Assembly: GCA_046153685.1 (NCBI GenBank)
Contig: JBJXGH010000180.1
Location: forward strand, 14,604-78,603
Length of the DNA: 64,000 nucleotides
DNA from: Alphaproteobacteria bacterium
GTDB taxonomy: Bacteria > Pseudomonadota > Alphaproteobacteria > CADEGL01
Reading direction: 5' to 3'
Shown: one piece after another, positions 1 through 9,434 of the stretch
How positions within the stretch are numbered: the first letter of the stretch is position 1
How the letters are laid out: every line of letters begins with the position of its first letter
The notes under the pieces: model-generated
What the model saw: only the letters and a program-made list of their open reading frames with translations
What the model was told of the DNA's origin: nothing
Databases searched by the model: none
Translations under genes and position numbers: made by a program

Positions 1-537
1 ACATCGACGGCATCGGGTCGCGGCGCGTAATGGGCCCGGTAATCCTCGCCGACGGCGTCCGACACCGCCACCATGCGGTCTGCGCGCGCCATTCGCGCGC
101 ACAACGCCCGATAAATCGGCCAGCCCTGGCGCACCTTGTCGAAGAACTCGTGCAGGGTCACGACGCTCGGGCACGCTAGGCCCCGGGGCGGCGGCGCATG
201 ATCGAGCAGATGCAGCACATCGAGCGGCGGCAGCTTCATGCCGAGTTCCGTTTCGGCGAATTGCACGAGCGTCAGGTATTTCCATCGCCGGTCGAGCGGC
301 GGACATAGCCCGCGCCAGCCCACGGCCGCGATTTCGTGGCGCGGCGCCGCGCGGACCAATTCCTCGACCGGGCGCGGCAAGGGTCCATGATCGACGAGCG
401 CGATCAACACGGCGTCGTCCGCAACGCGCGCAAGGCCGCGCCACAAGCTCTCGCAGACCATGCCCACGCCGCCCAAGGCGCCTTCGGGCGAGTTCCGGTA
501 GGCGCGTTGCAGCCAACGCAGATCAAGACCGATACGC
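1..537 (-). CDS. Glycosyltransferase family 4 (GT1-fold), N-terminal part; C-terminus lies beyond the window start
   Basis: Minus-strand translation from ATG 537..535 reads MRIGLDLRWLQRAYRNSPEGALGGVG..., a GT4-type N-terminal domain. It ends 4 bp before the flippase stop, so it looks operonic. Confidence 0.55.
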
Positions 538-540
538 ATC

Positions 541-1827
541 CTAACTCCGCCAGGCGCGCACGGCGTTCTGGACTTGCCGCCAATCCTCGGCGCGGGGTGT
601 CATCAAGGACACGAATGCGACGCCGTAGATTTTGCGCGCGCGCCAGGCCGCCGTGGCGGCACCGGCGCTCTGTGCGGCCACGAAGGACCAGGCTGCGCCG
701 CGTATCCCGAAAATCGGGACTAGCGCCGCCAATGCCAGAACGCTCACGACAACGGTCACGGATTCGATGCGCCCGATCGCGAGCGTCCGGTCATAGGCCT
801 TGGCTCCTTGAACCAAGAGTTGTTTCAGGCCATAGGGCACCGCGCCAAGGGCCAGAATCCGCACAACGGGAACGGCGTCGAGGAAAGCTAGACCGTACAA
901 GCTCTCGATGAGCAACGGCGCGAGCAAAGCCAGCGTTACCGCGATGATCGAGACGACGACGGCGGTCACGCGCAGAAAGCGTCCGAAGACCGCGGCGCGC
1001 GCGGCCGCGTCGGTTTCCGCCGCGACACGCGGCAAGGCGACCGCACCCAGCAAGCCGATTACGCCGCTGGCGGCTCCGGCAAGGCTGGCGCCGACGACAT
1101 AAAAGCCGAAACTGGCTTCGCTTTCCCATTGCGAAATCAACACCTGGTCGAGCCTTTCGCCCATCACCAGCAATGTGCTGCCGCCCGCGATGGGCAGGCC
1201 ATAGGCGAGGAAACGGCGCATAAGTGCGCGATCAGGCCGACAGCCGAACCAGCCCTCGCGCCCGACCAGCGCGGCCAACAGGCAATAGGTGAGCACGGCG
1301 CCGACCAGAGAGGCCAAGGCGAGAAACTCGACGGAAACCGCGCCGAACGCCCAGACGGCCAAGACGCAACCGAGATACAACAGAGCCGCGAAGACCCGCA
1401 TGGCGTTCCAGATCACGAAGCGCTGGCTGCCCTGAAACATCCCATTGGCGAATGTGGCGAGCATGATCGTCGGCACGATCAGGACGTAGAGATAACTCGT
1501 CTCGACGACTTCCGCGCGGAAATGGCCGTTGAAGAGCCAAACGAGAATCCCCGCCAGGGTCATCAACGGCAAGGAAATCGCAAGGCCGAGCGCTTGACCG
1601 GTGGCGAAGATTCTTGGCATCGGCGCGCCGCGCGCCGCCGCCGCTTGCACGATGGCATCGACCACGAGCGCGCCGCCAAGCGAGGCGAGAAGCTGCGGCC
1701 ATAACAAAATTGCGGCCAACTCGCCGCGCCCCACGGGCCCCAGCAGGCGCGCGGCCAGAATTCCCGTGATCAGGTTCGCGGCGGCGAGCAGCACGAAAGC
1801 TATGGCGGAAACAGCCAAATTTTTCAT
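541..1827 (-). CDS. Wzx-like polysaccharide/O-antigen flippase (MOP superfamily membrane protein)
   Basis: About 12 predicted TM helices starting MKNLAVSAIAFVLLAAANLITGILAARLLGP (polysaccharide biosynthesis protein family). Start re-anchored to ATG 1827, whose ATGA overlaps the upstream GT9 stop. Confidence 0.75.
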   Translation of the reverse strand: MKNLAVSAIAFVLLAAANLITGILAARLLGPVGRGELAAILLWPQLLASLGGALVVDAIVQAAAARGAPMPRIFATGQALGLAISLPLMTLAGILVWLFNGHFRAEVVETSYLYVLIVPTIMLATFANGMFQGSQRFVIWNAMRVFAALLYLGCVLAVWAFGAVSVEFLALASLVGAVLTYCLLAALVGREGWFGCRPDRALMRRFLAYGLPIAGGSTLLVMGERLDQVLISQWESEASFGFYVVGASLAGAASGVIGLLGAVALPRVAAETDAAARAAVFGRFLRVTAVVVSIIAVTLALLAPLLIESLYGLAFLDAVPVVRILALGAVPYGLKQLLVQGAKAYDRTLAIGRIESVTVVVSVLALAALVPIFGIRGAAWSFVAAQSAGAATAAWRARKIYGVAFVSLMTPRAEDWRQVQNAVRAWRS

Positions 1828-2900
1828 TGTGTCCGACCTGCCTCGGAACGCTCGACCGTGTCTAGGCGCGCGCGCGCGGCGGCGATCACGCCGTCGGGCG
1901 AAATGCCCTTCAAACATTCCTTGTCGCGCTCGACGCATACCGAGAGCTCGCATCCGAAACAATCGGTCTTGTTGTAGAACACCACATGGCCCGCGCCGTG
2001 CGGGAACCAGACTCCCGGCTTGTTGCGCGCGCTGAAAACGGCGACGGTCGGCGTGCCGACCGCGGCCGCGAGGTGCATGGGTCCGCTGTCATGGCCGAGA
2101 TATAACTTCGCGCCCTCGCGCACGAGAGCGCTCACTCTGGGTCTGGTAACGCCGGTGAGGTCGAGCACCGGCCCCGGCCAGGAGGACGCGACGGCGCGCG
2201 CGCGTTCGCCTTCGTCCGCCGAACCGATCAAAGCCAATCCCCAGCCTGGGCGCGCCAGGCCTCGAATGGTGCGAGTCCAATTCTCCGCGCCCCAGTCCTT
2301 GGCGTCGATCTTGGTCCCCACGCCGATCGCGAGATAACGCCCGGCTCCTGGCCAGGAGCCGAGCGCGCGGCAGGCGTCCGCCCGTTCCTCGCCATTGAAG
2401 CGCAAATCCCAGTTCTCGCGCCGGTCGAGGGCCGCATCGCCCAAAGGCGCCAGACAGCGCGCCAAACGCGCGGTTTCGCTTTCCCAACGCCCCTCCTTGG
2501 GCAGAAAGCGCGGTTCCGCCAAATCCTCGCTGGTGGGCGCGCCGATGATTTTCGGAATGGCGCAAGCGCGGAAGAAGGCGATATCGCGCCACGTAGCCGC
2601 ACGCCCGCGCGCCTCCGTCAGATAGACGAGCGCGGCGGGCGCGAAGGCGCGGATTTCGCGGCGCAGAGCGTAGAGCGCCGCGGCGCCGCGCGTGCCTTGG
2701 GGGTATCGGATATGGCCGTGGACAAGACCGCTCGCGCCTAGCACGTCCAAGACCGGCGTGGCTTTGGCCGCAACCGGAACATTGGTCAGAACGCGGCGCT
2801 CGGCATCGGGAAAGGCGCGGGCGACAAGATGAAAGCACGGCAGCGATACAACGGTATCGCCGAGGCTACCCATGCGGAAGATGAGGATACGCCGGACCAT
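1824..2900 (-). CDS. Glycosyltransferase family 9 (ADP-heptose:LPS heptosyltransferase-like)
   Basis: MVRRILIFRMGSLGDTVVSLP N-terminus and a C-terminal GHDSGPMHLAAAVGTPTVAVF motif are typical of RfaF/RfaC-type heptosyltransferases. Confidence 0.8.
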   Translation of the reverse strand: MVRRILIFRMGSLGDTVVSLPCFHLVARAFPDAERRVLTNVPVAAKATPVLDVLGASGLVHGHIRYPQGTRGAAALYALRREIRAFAPAALVYLTEARGRAATWRDIAFFRACAIPKIIGAPTSEDLAEPRFLPKEGRWESETARLARCLAPLGDAALDRRENWDLRFNGEERADACRALGSWPGAGRYLAIGVGTKIDAKDWGAENWTRTIRGLARPGWGLALIGSADEGERARAVASSWPGPVLDLTGVTRPRVSALVREGAKLYLGHDSGPMHLAAAVGTPTVAVFSARNKPGVWFPHGAGHVVFYNKTDCFGCELSVCVERDKECLKGISPDGVIAAARARLDTVERSEAGRTQ

Positions 2901-2907
2901 GGCGGGG

Positions 2908-4686
2908 TCAGACGCCGAACGAGCGGTGAACCAGCCGCGCCCAGCCGCGCAAGCCCCGCTCGCCGGAAAAATCTCCGCCCTCGCCCGCGAGCCACTCGCG
3001 CACCGGCGCCACGAAACCAGTTTTTTTCCTGCCGGCGATCTCGGCGGGAAGGGGGCGCGGCAAGGCCTCGATCATCTGCTTCTTACCGGGCGGATGGCGT
3101 CCCGCGATGGCGGGCGCCAAGCCCCAAAGCAGATGGGTGTCCACGAAGGGCACGCGAATCTCGACGCCGTGCGCCATCCCCGCCCAATCCGCATCGCGCA
3201 GCAAGCGGTCGCGCATGTACATGGCGAGCTCAAGCGCCGTGACCTTCTGCCGCGCGCGCGGCAGCGGCGATTCGATCTCCTTCAGCCGCATGATCGGATC
3301 CAGCGCCTTCCAGCCCTCGCGCACCAGATCGGGGTCGAGCAGGTCCGGCAATTCCCACGGCATGAACAATCCACGGCGCAACAGATAAGCGCCCGCATAG
3401 CTGCCGCCGTATTCGAGCAATCCGGCATATTTGGGCGAACTCATGTGGCGGAGTAAGGGCGCGCTCATGGCGCGAAAGCCGTGACCCAAAGCGGGGCAGG
3501 CGGCGATGGGGCGCAACCGGCGAACCGCCTTGGGGATTTGCGTGAAGCTCGGATAACCCGCGAACAGCTCGTCGCCGCCCAAGCCCGACAAGGCGACTTT
3601 GAGTCCGGCTTGCCTCGCCGCGCGCGCGACGAAATAGACGTTCACGCCATCGGTCGTAGGCTGATCCATGGCGGCAAACAGCGCGTCGCGCGCGGCCGCG
3701 AAATCCTGGCGCGCGATATGCGCTTCGTGATGCCGGGCGCCGAAGGCGCGCGCGACGCGTGCGGCCAGGGGCGCCTCGTCCGCGGGCGTGCCGCGGAATG
3801 CGTCGAAGCCCAGCGTCACGGTGCGCAAATCCGCGCCGCGTTCCTCGGCGGCAAGCGATGTCAGCGCGCCCGAATCGAGGCCGGCGGAAAGAAACACCCC
3901 GACCGGCGTGTCGGCGACGAAATGATGTTTCACGCTATCGGCCAGAATTGCGCCTAGGCGTTCGCGGTCGAGAGGCGCTGCCGGGCGGTCGAGCGTAGCG
4001 GTCAGGTCGAAGAAGGCGCGCGGCGTCCCGACGCCGTTCGAATCCGCCCACATTGTATGGCCCGCCGGCAGGGCCGCGATATCGCGGTGGAGCGTGTGCG
4101 GATCGGGCACGTGGCCCCACAGAAAGAATCCCACATGGCCCGCGGCCGAGGCGCCGTTGCCCGCGCGCCCGCCCGCGCGCAGCGCCTTCACCTGCGAGGC
4201 AACGCGCAGCGTCGCGCCGTCATCGGAATAATACAGCGGCTTGATCCCGAAGGGATCGCGCGCGAGCAACATGCCGCGCCGGCGCGCGTCCCAAATAGCG
4301 AAGGCGTACATGCCGCGCAGATGGCGCACGCAATCGGCGCCGTCGCGCTCGTACAGATGCAGCAGAACCTCGGTATCCGACTGGGTGACCAGAACGCGGC
4401 CTTGCGCTGCGAGCTCCGCGCGCAAGGCACGGAAATTATAAATCTCGCCATTGAAGGTGATTACGGCAGCGCCGTTCGCCAGGGCCATGGGCTGATGGCC
4501 ACCCAGCGACAGGTCGATGATCGCGAGACGGCGGTGACCGAACGCGACGCGGCCGTCCCCGGACGTCCAGATGCCGCGATCATCCGGTCCGCGCACGGCC
4601 ATGGCGTCGGTAATCCGGTCGAGCTCTCGCCCATCCACCGGACCCGCCGCGCCGCCATGGGCGAATAGGGCGGCGATCCCGCACAT
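2908..4686 (-). CDS. asnB: Asparagine synthase (glutamine-hydrolysing), AsnB/WbpS-like amidotransferase
   Basis: N-terminal nucleophile MCGIAALF (class II glutamine amidotransferase). The ...SGGLDS... PP-loop-type ATP-binding motif of the synthase domain follows. Start re-anchored to the internal MCGIA (TAATG overlap with the upstream gene). Confidence 0.85.
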   Translation of the reverse strand: MCGIAALFAHGGAAGPVDGRELDRITDAMAVRGPDDRGIWTSGDGRVAFGHRRLAIIDLSLGGHQPMALANGAAVITFNGEIYNFRALRAELAAQGRVLVTQSDTEVLLHLYERDGADCVRHLRGMYAFAIWDARRRGMLLARDPFGIKPLYYSDDGATLRVASQVKALRAGGRAGNGASAAGHVGFFLWGHVPDPHTLHRDIAALPAGHTMWADSNGVGTPRAFFDLTATLDRPAAPLDRERLGAILADSVKHHFVADTPVGVFLSAGLDSGALTSLAAEERGADLRTVTLGFDAFRGTPADEAPLAARVARAFGARHHEAHIARQDFAAARDALFAAMDQPTTDGVNVYFVARAARQAGLKVALSGLGGDELFAGYPSFTQIPKAVRRLRPIAACPALGHGFRAMSAPLLRHMSSPKYAGLLEYGGSYAGAYLLRRGLFMPWELPDLLDPDLVREGWKALDPIMRLKEIESPLPRARQKVTALELAMYMRDRLLRDADWAGMAHGVEIRVPFVDTHLLWGLAPAIAGRHPPGKKQMIEALPRPLPAEIAGRKKTGFVAPVREWLAGEGGDFSGERGLRGWARLVHRSFGV

Positions 4687-5423
4687 TATTTGACGGCCAC
4701 GGCCAGGAAGTTTTGGCTGAAAATGACATTGCCATCGAGATCGCCGGTTTCCACCGCGCGGTACAGGCGCAAAATCGTCCGAAAGAAATGCCAAAGTATC
4801 CAGCGCACGGCGCTTTTCGCGCCATGAGGAATCGGACGATCCTCGAAACATTCGACGCGCGCAAAACCCGAGGCGGTCAGCAATTGACCGATCGAGGCGC
4901 GGGTGAAGGCGATTTCATGGGTGAAGTCGCCGTATTGCGAGGCGCCCGAAAACGGTCCCTCGGCATTGCAGGTGTGCACGATGAAACGTCCGCCGGGCTT
5001 GAGTGTGCGCAGAACCCGATCGACGAAGACCACGATCTCGTCCTTGGTGAAGTGTTCGATGACGTCGAAGGCGATGATCGCGTCATAGGCGCGCTCGGGC
5101 GCGTTTGCCAACGCCTCCAGGACATCCCCCTCGCGCACGCCGACGATGCCCAGCTTGGCGGCGAGGGCGACCTGTTCGGGCGAGCGGTCGATGCCGGAGA
5201 TGTTCGTAAAGCCGAGGCCTCGCGCGAAATGGATGAGCGCGCCCGGACCGCAGCCGAGCTCGAGGATCGCGGCATTGCGCGCGGGCGGAAAATGGCGGCG
5301 CACGAGGCGCTCGAGATAGGGGCGGCGGGGCTCGAAATCGGCAAGCGTCGACCGGCCCGCTAAATCGCGGTGGCTTCGGACATAGGCCGCATAGATGCGC
5401 GCCCGGTAATTCTCTTGGCTCAT
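4686..5423 (-). CDS. Class I SAM-dependent methyltransferase
   Basis: ILELGCGPGALIHFARGLG (motif I) ... DAIIAFDVIEHF (motif II/III). Confidence 0.75.
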   Translation of the reverse strand: MSQENYRARIYAAYVRSHRDLAGRSTLADFEPRRPYLERLVRRHFPPARNAAILELGCGPGALIHFARGLGFTNISGIDRSPEQVALAAKLGIVGVREGDVLEALANAPERAYDAIIAFDVIEHFTKDEIVVFVDRVLRTLKPGGRFIVHTCNAEGPFSGASQYGDFTHEIAFTRASIGQLLTASGFARVECFEDRPIPHGAKSAVRWILWHFFRTILRLYRAVETGDLDGNVIFSQNFLAVAVK

Positions 5424-5575
5424 GGCGTCTCTCGGCCCTTTCGACGCAACCCACGTGCCATCGCAAGATTAGGCGGGGGAAGCGATTTTGTCACGATGTT
5501 TCAATAGTTTGCCTGAGATGGGGTGGTCTCCAAGGGGGTCCTGGGCCGGGGGGTGCGGGGCTGGTATGAAGGGGG

Positions 5576-6739
5576 ATGCGAATTCTACACGCGATTTCAA
5601 GCCTGGCGCCCGAGCTCGGCGGCCCGTCCAAGGCCTGTATCGAAATGGCGCGTGCGGTCGCGGCGCGCGGCCATGAGGTCGAGATCTATACGACCGACTG
5701 GGGTCTTGAGGGCAAGGTTTGCGCGGATGGCCGGGCGGTCGAGGACGGCGGCGTCGCCGTGCGCTCCTTCGCCGTGCACGCCCCGCGCTTCTGGAAAACC
5801 TCCCTGCCGATGTGCGCCGCGCTGCGGCGGGAAATCGCCACGTTCGACGTCGTCCATCTGCATTCGCTCTATCTGTTCCATGATTGGGCGGTACCGGCGT
5901 TATGCCGTCGCGGGGGCGTGCCTTATATCGTGCGGCCTCACGGCACGCTCGACCCCTATATTCGCCGGCGGCACCGCTGGCGGAAGGCGCTGGTGGAGGT
6001 TCTGTACCAGAATCGCGCCCTGCGGCACGCGGCGGCGATTCACTATACGACCGCGGAGGAAATGCGCTTGGCGACGCCGCACGCCCATGGTGCGCGGGGC
6101 GTGGTGGTGCCGAACGGCTTCGACCTCGACCAATTCGACCACATGCCGGACGGCAGCGGCTTCCGCGCGCGCTACCCCGAAACCGCTGGTCGGCGCATCG
6201 TCTTGTTCCTCGGACGGCTGCACGAGAAAAAAGGCCTCGACCTTCTGATCCCGGCCTTTGCGCGCACTTTGGCCGCGCGCCCCGATTTGCACTTGATCGT
6301 GGGCGGGCCCGATGACGGCATGGCGGCGGAACTTGGGCGCTGGGTCGCGCGCGAAGGCATCGCGGACCGGGTCAGCGCGATCGGCATGCTCGCGGGCGAG
6401 GACAAGAGGATGGCGCTCGCCGCCGCCGAGCTGTTCGTGTTGCCGTCCTATAGCGAGAATTTCGGCATCGCGGTGCTTGAAGCGATGGCGGCGGGTTTGC
6501 CGGTCCTGATTTCGGACCAGGTCAATCTGTGGCGCGAAGTCACCGATGCTTCGGCCGGCATCGTCGTCGCATGTCGCGCGGACGCGGTCGAGGCGGGCCT
6601 TGCGCGTCTGCTCGATGATCCTGACATGGCGCGGCACATGGGCCGGGCGGGTGCCGCGCTCGCGCGCGAGAAATTCGCTTGGCCGCTCGTGGCGGCGGCG
6701 CTTGAGGCGCTCTATGTTTCGGTGCGCGCAAGCAAATAA
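5576..6739 (+). CDS. Glycosyltransferase family 4
   Basis: MRILHAISSLAPELGGPSK N-terminus and a C-terminal ...SYSENFGIAVLEAMAAGLPVLISD (E-X7-E motif region); GGGGG SD-like tract upstream. Confidence 0.8.
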   Translation: MRILHAISSLAPELGGPSKACIEMARAVAARGHEVEIYTTDWGLEGKVCADGRAVEDGGVAVRSFAVHAPRFWKTSLPMCAALRREIATFDVVHLHSLYLFHDWAVPALCRRGGVPYIVRPHGTLDPYIRRRHRWRKALVEVLYQNRALRHAAAIHYTTAEEMRLATPHAHGARGVVVPNGFDLDQFDHMPDGSGFRARYPETAGRRIVLFLGRLHEKKGLDLLIPAFARTLAARPDLHLIVGGPDDGMAAELGRWVAREGIADRVSAIGMLAGEDKRMALAAAELFVLPSYSENFGIAVLEAMAAGLPVLISDQVNLWREVTDASAGIVVACRADAVEAGLARLLDDPDMARHMGRAGAALAREKFAWPLVAAALEALYVSVRASK

Positions 6740-8463
6740 TCGCCGAGCGCGAGGACGTCCATATTGGTGCGCAGGAAGCAGTCGAGCGCTTGCTCGGGCG
6801 TGCAGACGACCGGCTCGTTCTCGTTGAACGAAGTGTTCAGCACCATGGGTATGCCGGTCTCCGCGGCGAAGCTCGAAATCAGCCGGTGATAGCGCGGATT
6901 GGCCGCGCGCGTGACGGTTTGCAGCCGGCCCGAGCCGTCGACATGGCAGACGGCGGGAATGCGCTCGCGTTTCTCTGGCCGAATCTGGAAGACTTGCATC
7001 ATGAACGGCACGTCGTCGTCGGTCTCGAACCACGACGGCGCTTCCTCGCGCAATACCGAAGGCGCGAAGGGTCGGAAGGATTCGCGCCGCTTGATCTTGC
7101 GATTGAGGACGTCCTTCATGTCCGAACGGCGAGGGTCGGCGAGGATCGAGCGGTTGCCGAGCGCGCGCGGCCCCCATTCCATCCGCCCCTGGAACCAGCC
7201 GATGATCTTGCCGTCGGCGATGGCGCGCGCCACGCGCGCACAGAGCACGCCCTCGTCGCTTACGCGCTCGGGGCGGCAGCCGGATGCCTCGACTTCGCGC
7301 GCTCGCCCCGCCAGCGCCACGCGCACGGCTTCATCGTCGTATTCCGGTCCCCAATGGGCATGATCCATGACGAAGCGTCGAACGCCGCCCGTGCGCCGCC
7401 AGGTCTCGAACGCCGCCCCGACGGCGCCGCCCGCATCGCCCGCGGCCGCCTGGACATAGCAGTGTCGATACGGGGTTTGGCCGTACAATCTGCCATTGGC
7501 CACCGAATTGAAGCCGCAGCCGCCCGCGAGCGCGATATTGTCCGTGCCGTGGCGGCCGTGCAGGGCGCGGTAAAGCGTGAACACCGCTTCCTCGAACATG
7601 GCTTGGGCCGAACGCGCGATGTCGCGATGGCGATCCTCGAGCGGCGCATCCGGCGGCCGCGCGGGTCCAAGCAATTCCTCAAGCGCCGGCGTGAACAATC
7701 GGCCGCCGAATGGCGCGCCTCCAGACCACTCGTAACTCACTTTCTCGATGTGGTGCCGGAAATAACGTAAGTCCAATGCAAACGTGCCGTCGCGCGCCAC
7801 GCGCACGATGCGCCGCATGTCCTCGTGCCGTGCAGGCACGCCATAGGGCGCGAGGCCCATGACCTTGTATTCGTCGCCGTAATGCGGAAAGCCTAGATAC
7901 TGGGTGATCGCCTGATAAAAGATGCCGAGCGAGTGCGGAAACATCACCCCGCCCTCGACGCTCAGGGTCTGGCCTTGTCCCAAACCCCACGCGGCCGACG
8001 AGAAATCGCCGAAGCCGTCGATGGAGACGATGCTCGCGCGTTCGAAGGGCGAGACGAGGAAAGCCGAGGCCAGATGGCAAAGATGGTGCTCGATGTGATG
8101 CACCGTTCCGGAGAATGCCGCGTCCGGAAAGGCGCTGGCGAGTTCGGTTTCGATGCCCTGCCATTTTCGCGCATTGCGCAACCGCGCGGCCACGAGGCCG
8201 AGGCTCGGTCGGCGCAGGAGGGCATAGGCGATCTTGCGTCCGAGCCGGGCGCGCGGATCGCGGTTGATTGCAACATGGGTCAGGTCCTTGAGCGCGATGC
8301 CGCCCGCATCCAGGCAATAGGCGATGGCCTGGGCGGGAAAGCCCGCCCAATGCTTGATGCGCCGGAAGCGCTCTTCCTCGGCGGCCGCGACCAGCACTCC
8401 GTCGGTGACGAGGCAGGCCGAGGAATCGCCGTGATAGGCGTTGATGCCGAGGATGTGGACCAC
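6712..8463 (-). CDS. Carbamoyltransferase, NodU/CmcH family (sugar O-carbamoyltransferase)
   Basis: MVHILGINAYHGDSSACLV... HHLCHLASAF... matches the NodU/CmcH family. Its 3' end overlaps the convergent GT4 gene by 28 bp. Confidence 0.85.
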   Translation of the reverse strand: MVHILGINAYHGDSSACLVTDGVLVAAAEEERFRRIKHWAGFPAQAIAYCLDAGGIALKDLTHVAINRDPRARLGRKIAYALLRRPSLGLVAARLRNARKWQGIETELASAFPDAAFSGTVHHIEHHLCHLASAFLVSPFERASIVSIDGFGDFSSAAWGLGQGQTLSVEGGVMFPHSLGIFYQAITQYLGFPHYGDEYKVMGLAPYGVPARHEDMRRIVRVARDGTFALDLRYFRHHIEKVSYEWSGGAPFGGRLFTPALEELLGPARPPDAPLEDRHRDIARSAQAMFEEAVFTLYRALHGRHGTDNIALAGGCGFNSVANGRLYGQTPYRHCYVQAAAGDAGGAVGAAFETWRRTGGVRRFVMDHAHWGPEYDDEAVRVALAGRAREVEASGCRPERVSDEGVLCARVARAIADGKIIGWFQGRMEWGPRALGNRSILADPRRSDMKDVLNRKIKRRESFRPFAPSVLREEAPSWFETDDDVPFMMQVFQIRPEKRERIPAVCHVDGSGRLQTVTRAANPRYHRLISSFAAETGIPMVLNTSFNENEPVVCTPEQALDCFLRTNMDVLALGDYLLARTET

Positions 8464-8466
8464 GGC

Positions 8467-9243
8467 TCAATCGCCGCGCGCGAGTTCGCGGTCGATCAGA
8501 TAGAGCTTCAAGATGAACTCCGCCGCCGTGCGCTGGAAGCAATAGTGCAGGCCCGCGCGACCATCGAGGATGAGGCCGCGCACGAGCAACGCGTAGAAAA
8601 ACGTCACGAACGGCATGACATAGGTGCAGCGGCGCAGCCGGTCGGCCAGGCCCAATTCGCCGAACGCGGCATCGGCGAGCTTCGCCGCTTCGAGGCCCAT
8701 ATAGCGGTTTTGCGAGGCGACCCAATGGGCCAGCGGCTTGCGGTCGTCGTGCAGGATGGGATGGCGCAAATCGGCGACGGCGCCGTCGATTGCGACCTCG
8801 TCGGTATGGCCGTCCTGATGGAAGCGGCCGCGCGCGCGGCGAAAGAGTCGCGGGCGCGGCGGGTACAGCGTCGCGCGCAGCCGGCGGCCATGGACGCAAT
8901 ACACAAAGCGCGTGCGGTATGCGGCGATGTCGGGCCTAGGCGCCAACGCGCCGATTTCCGCCACCAGGCCCTCGGTCAGCACGTAATCGGCATCGAGCCG
9001 CATCATCCACTCGGTGCGGATGCCGGTTTCGGCCTGCCCGAAGGTCCATTGATTGGCGTGGTTGTCGAAAGGCCGGACAAAGACGCGCACATTGGAATAG
9101 CGCCGGGCGATGGCGAGCGTGTCGTCGGTGCTCGCGCTATCGACTACGACGATGTCGGGCGCCCAGGTCAGGCGATCGAGCGTGCGGCCGATATTCGGCG
9201 CCTCGTTATAGGTCAGAATGACCGGGGTGATCTGATCGTGCAC
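8467..9243 (-). CDS. Glycosyltransferase family 2
   Basis: ITPVILTYNEAPNIGRTLDRL...VVVDSASTDDT...RLDADY (GT2 DXD region). The listed ORF extends upstream through Arg-rich junk; start set at GTG 9243 (VHDQITPV) and remains uncertain. Confidence 0.65.
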   Translation of the reverse strand: MHDQITPVILTYNEAPNIGRTLDRLTWAPDIVVVDSASTDDTLAIARRYSNVRVFVRPFDNHANQWTFGQAETGIRTEWMMRLDADYVLTEGLVAEIGALAPRPDIAAYRTRFVYCVHGRRLRATLYPPRPRLFRRARGRFHQDGHTDEVAIDGAVADLRHPILHDDRKPLAHWVASQNRYMGLEAAKLADAAFGELGLADRLRRCTYVMPFVTFFYALLVRGLILDGRAGLHYCFQRTAAEFILKLYLIDRELARGD

Positions 9244-9434
9244 CGCGCAACTCCCGCGCGGGCCCTGATCGTGCCGCGCGCCCCAAGAGTAGGTGCGCGC
9301 CGCCTGTTCCCGCAAGCGCACTCGCGCGCCTCGCCGCCGACCGCCCCGCCGCCGACCATTTGGCCATCGATCATCGCGCCATAGCCGCCGCCGTGCCGCG
9401 CGGCTAAGGTGGCGCGGCTTCAAGGATAGCGACG

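Noticed and set aside
336-911. 191-aa plus-strand ORF (Arg-rich) at the window start
   Set aside because: Extreme Arg/Pro/Ala composition typical of an antisense frame in high-GC DNA. It overlaps the well-supported minus-strand GT4 and flippase genes.
5900-9384. Long opposite-strand ORFs 5900..7177, 6790..7770, 7679..8899 and 7933..9384
   Set aside because: They overlap the GT4, carbamoyltransferase and GT2 genes, have Arg/Ala/Gly-dominated composition and no recognisable domains.
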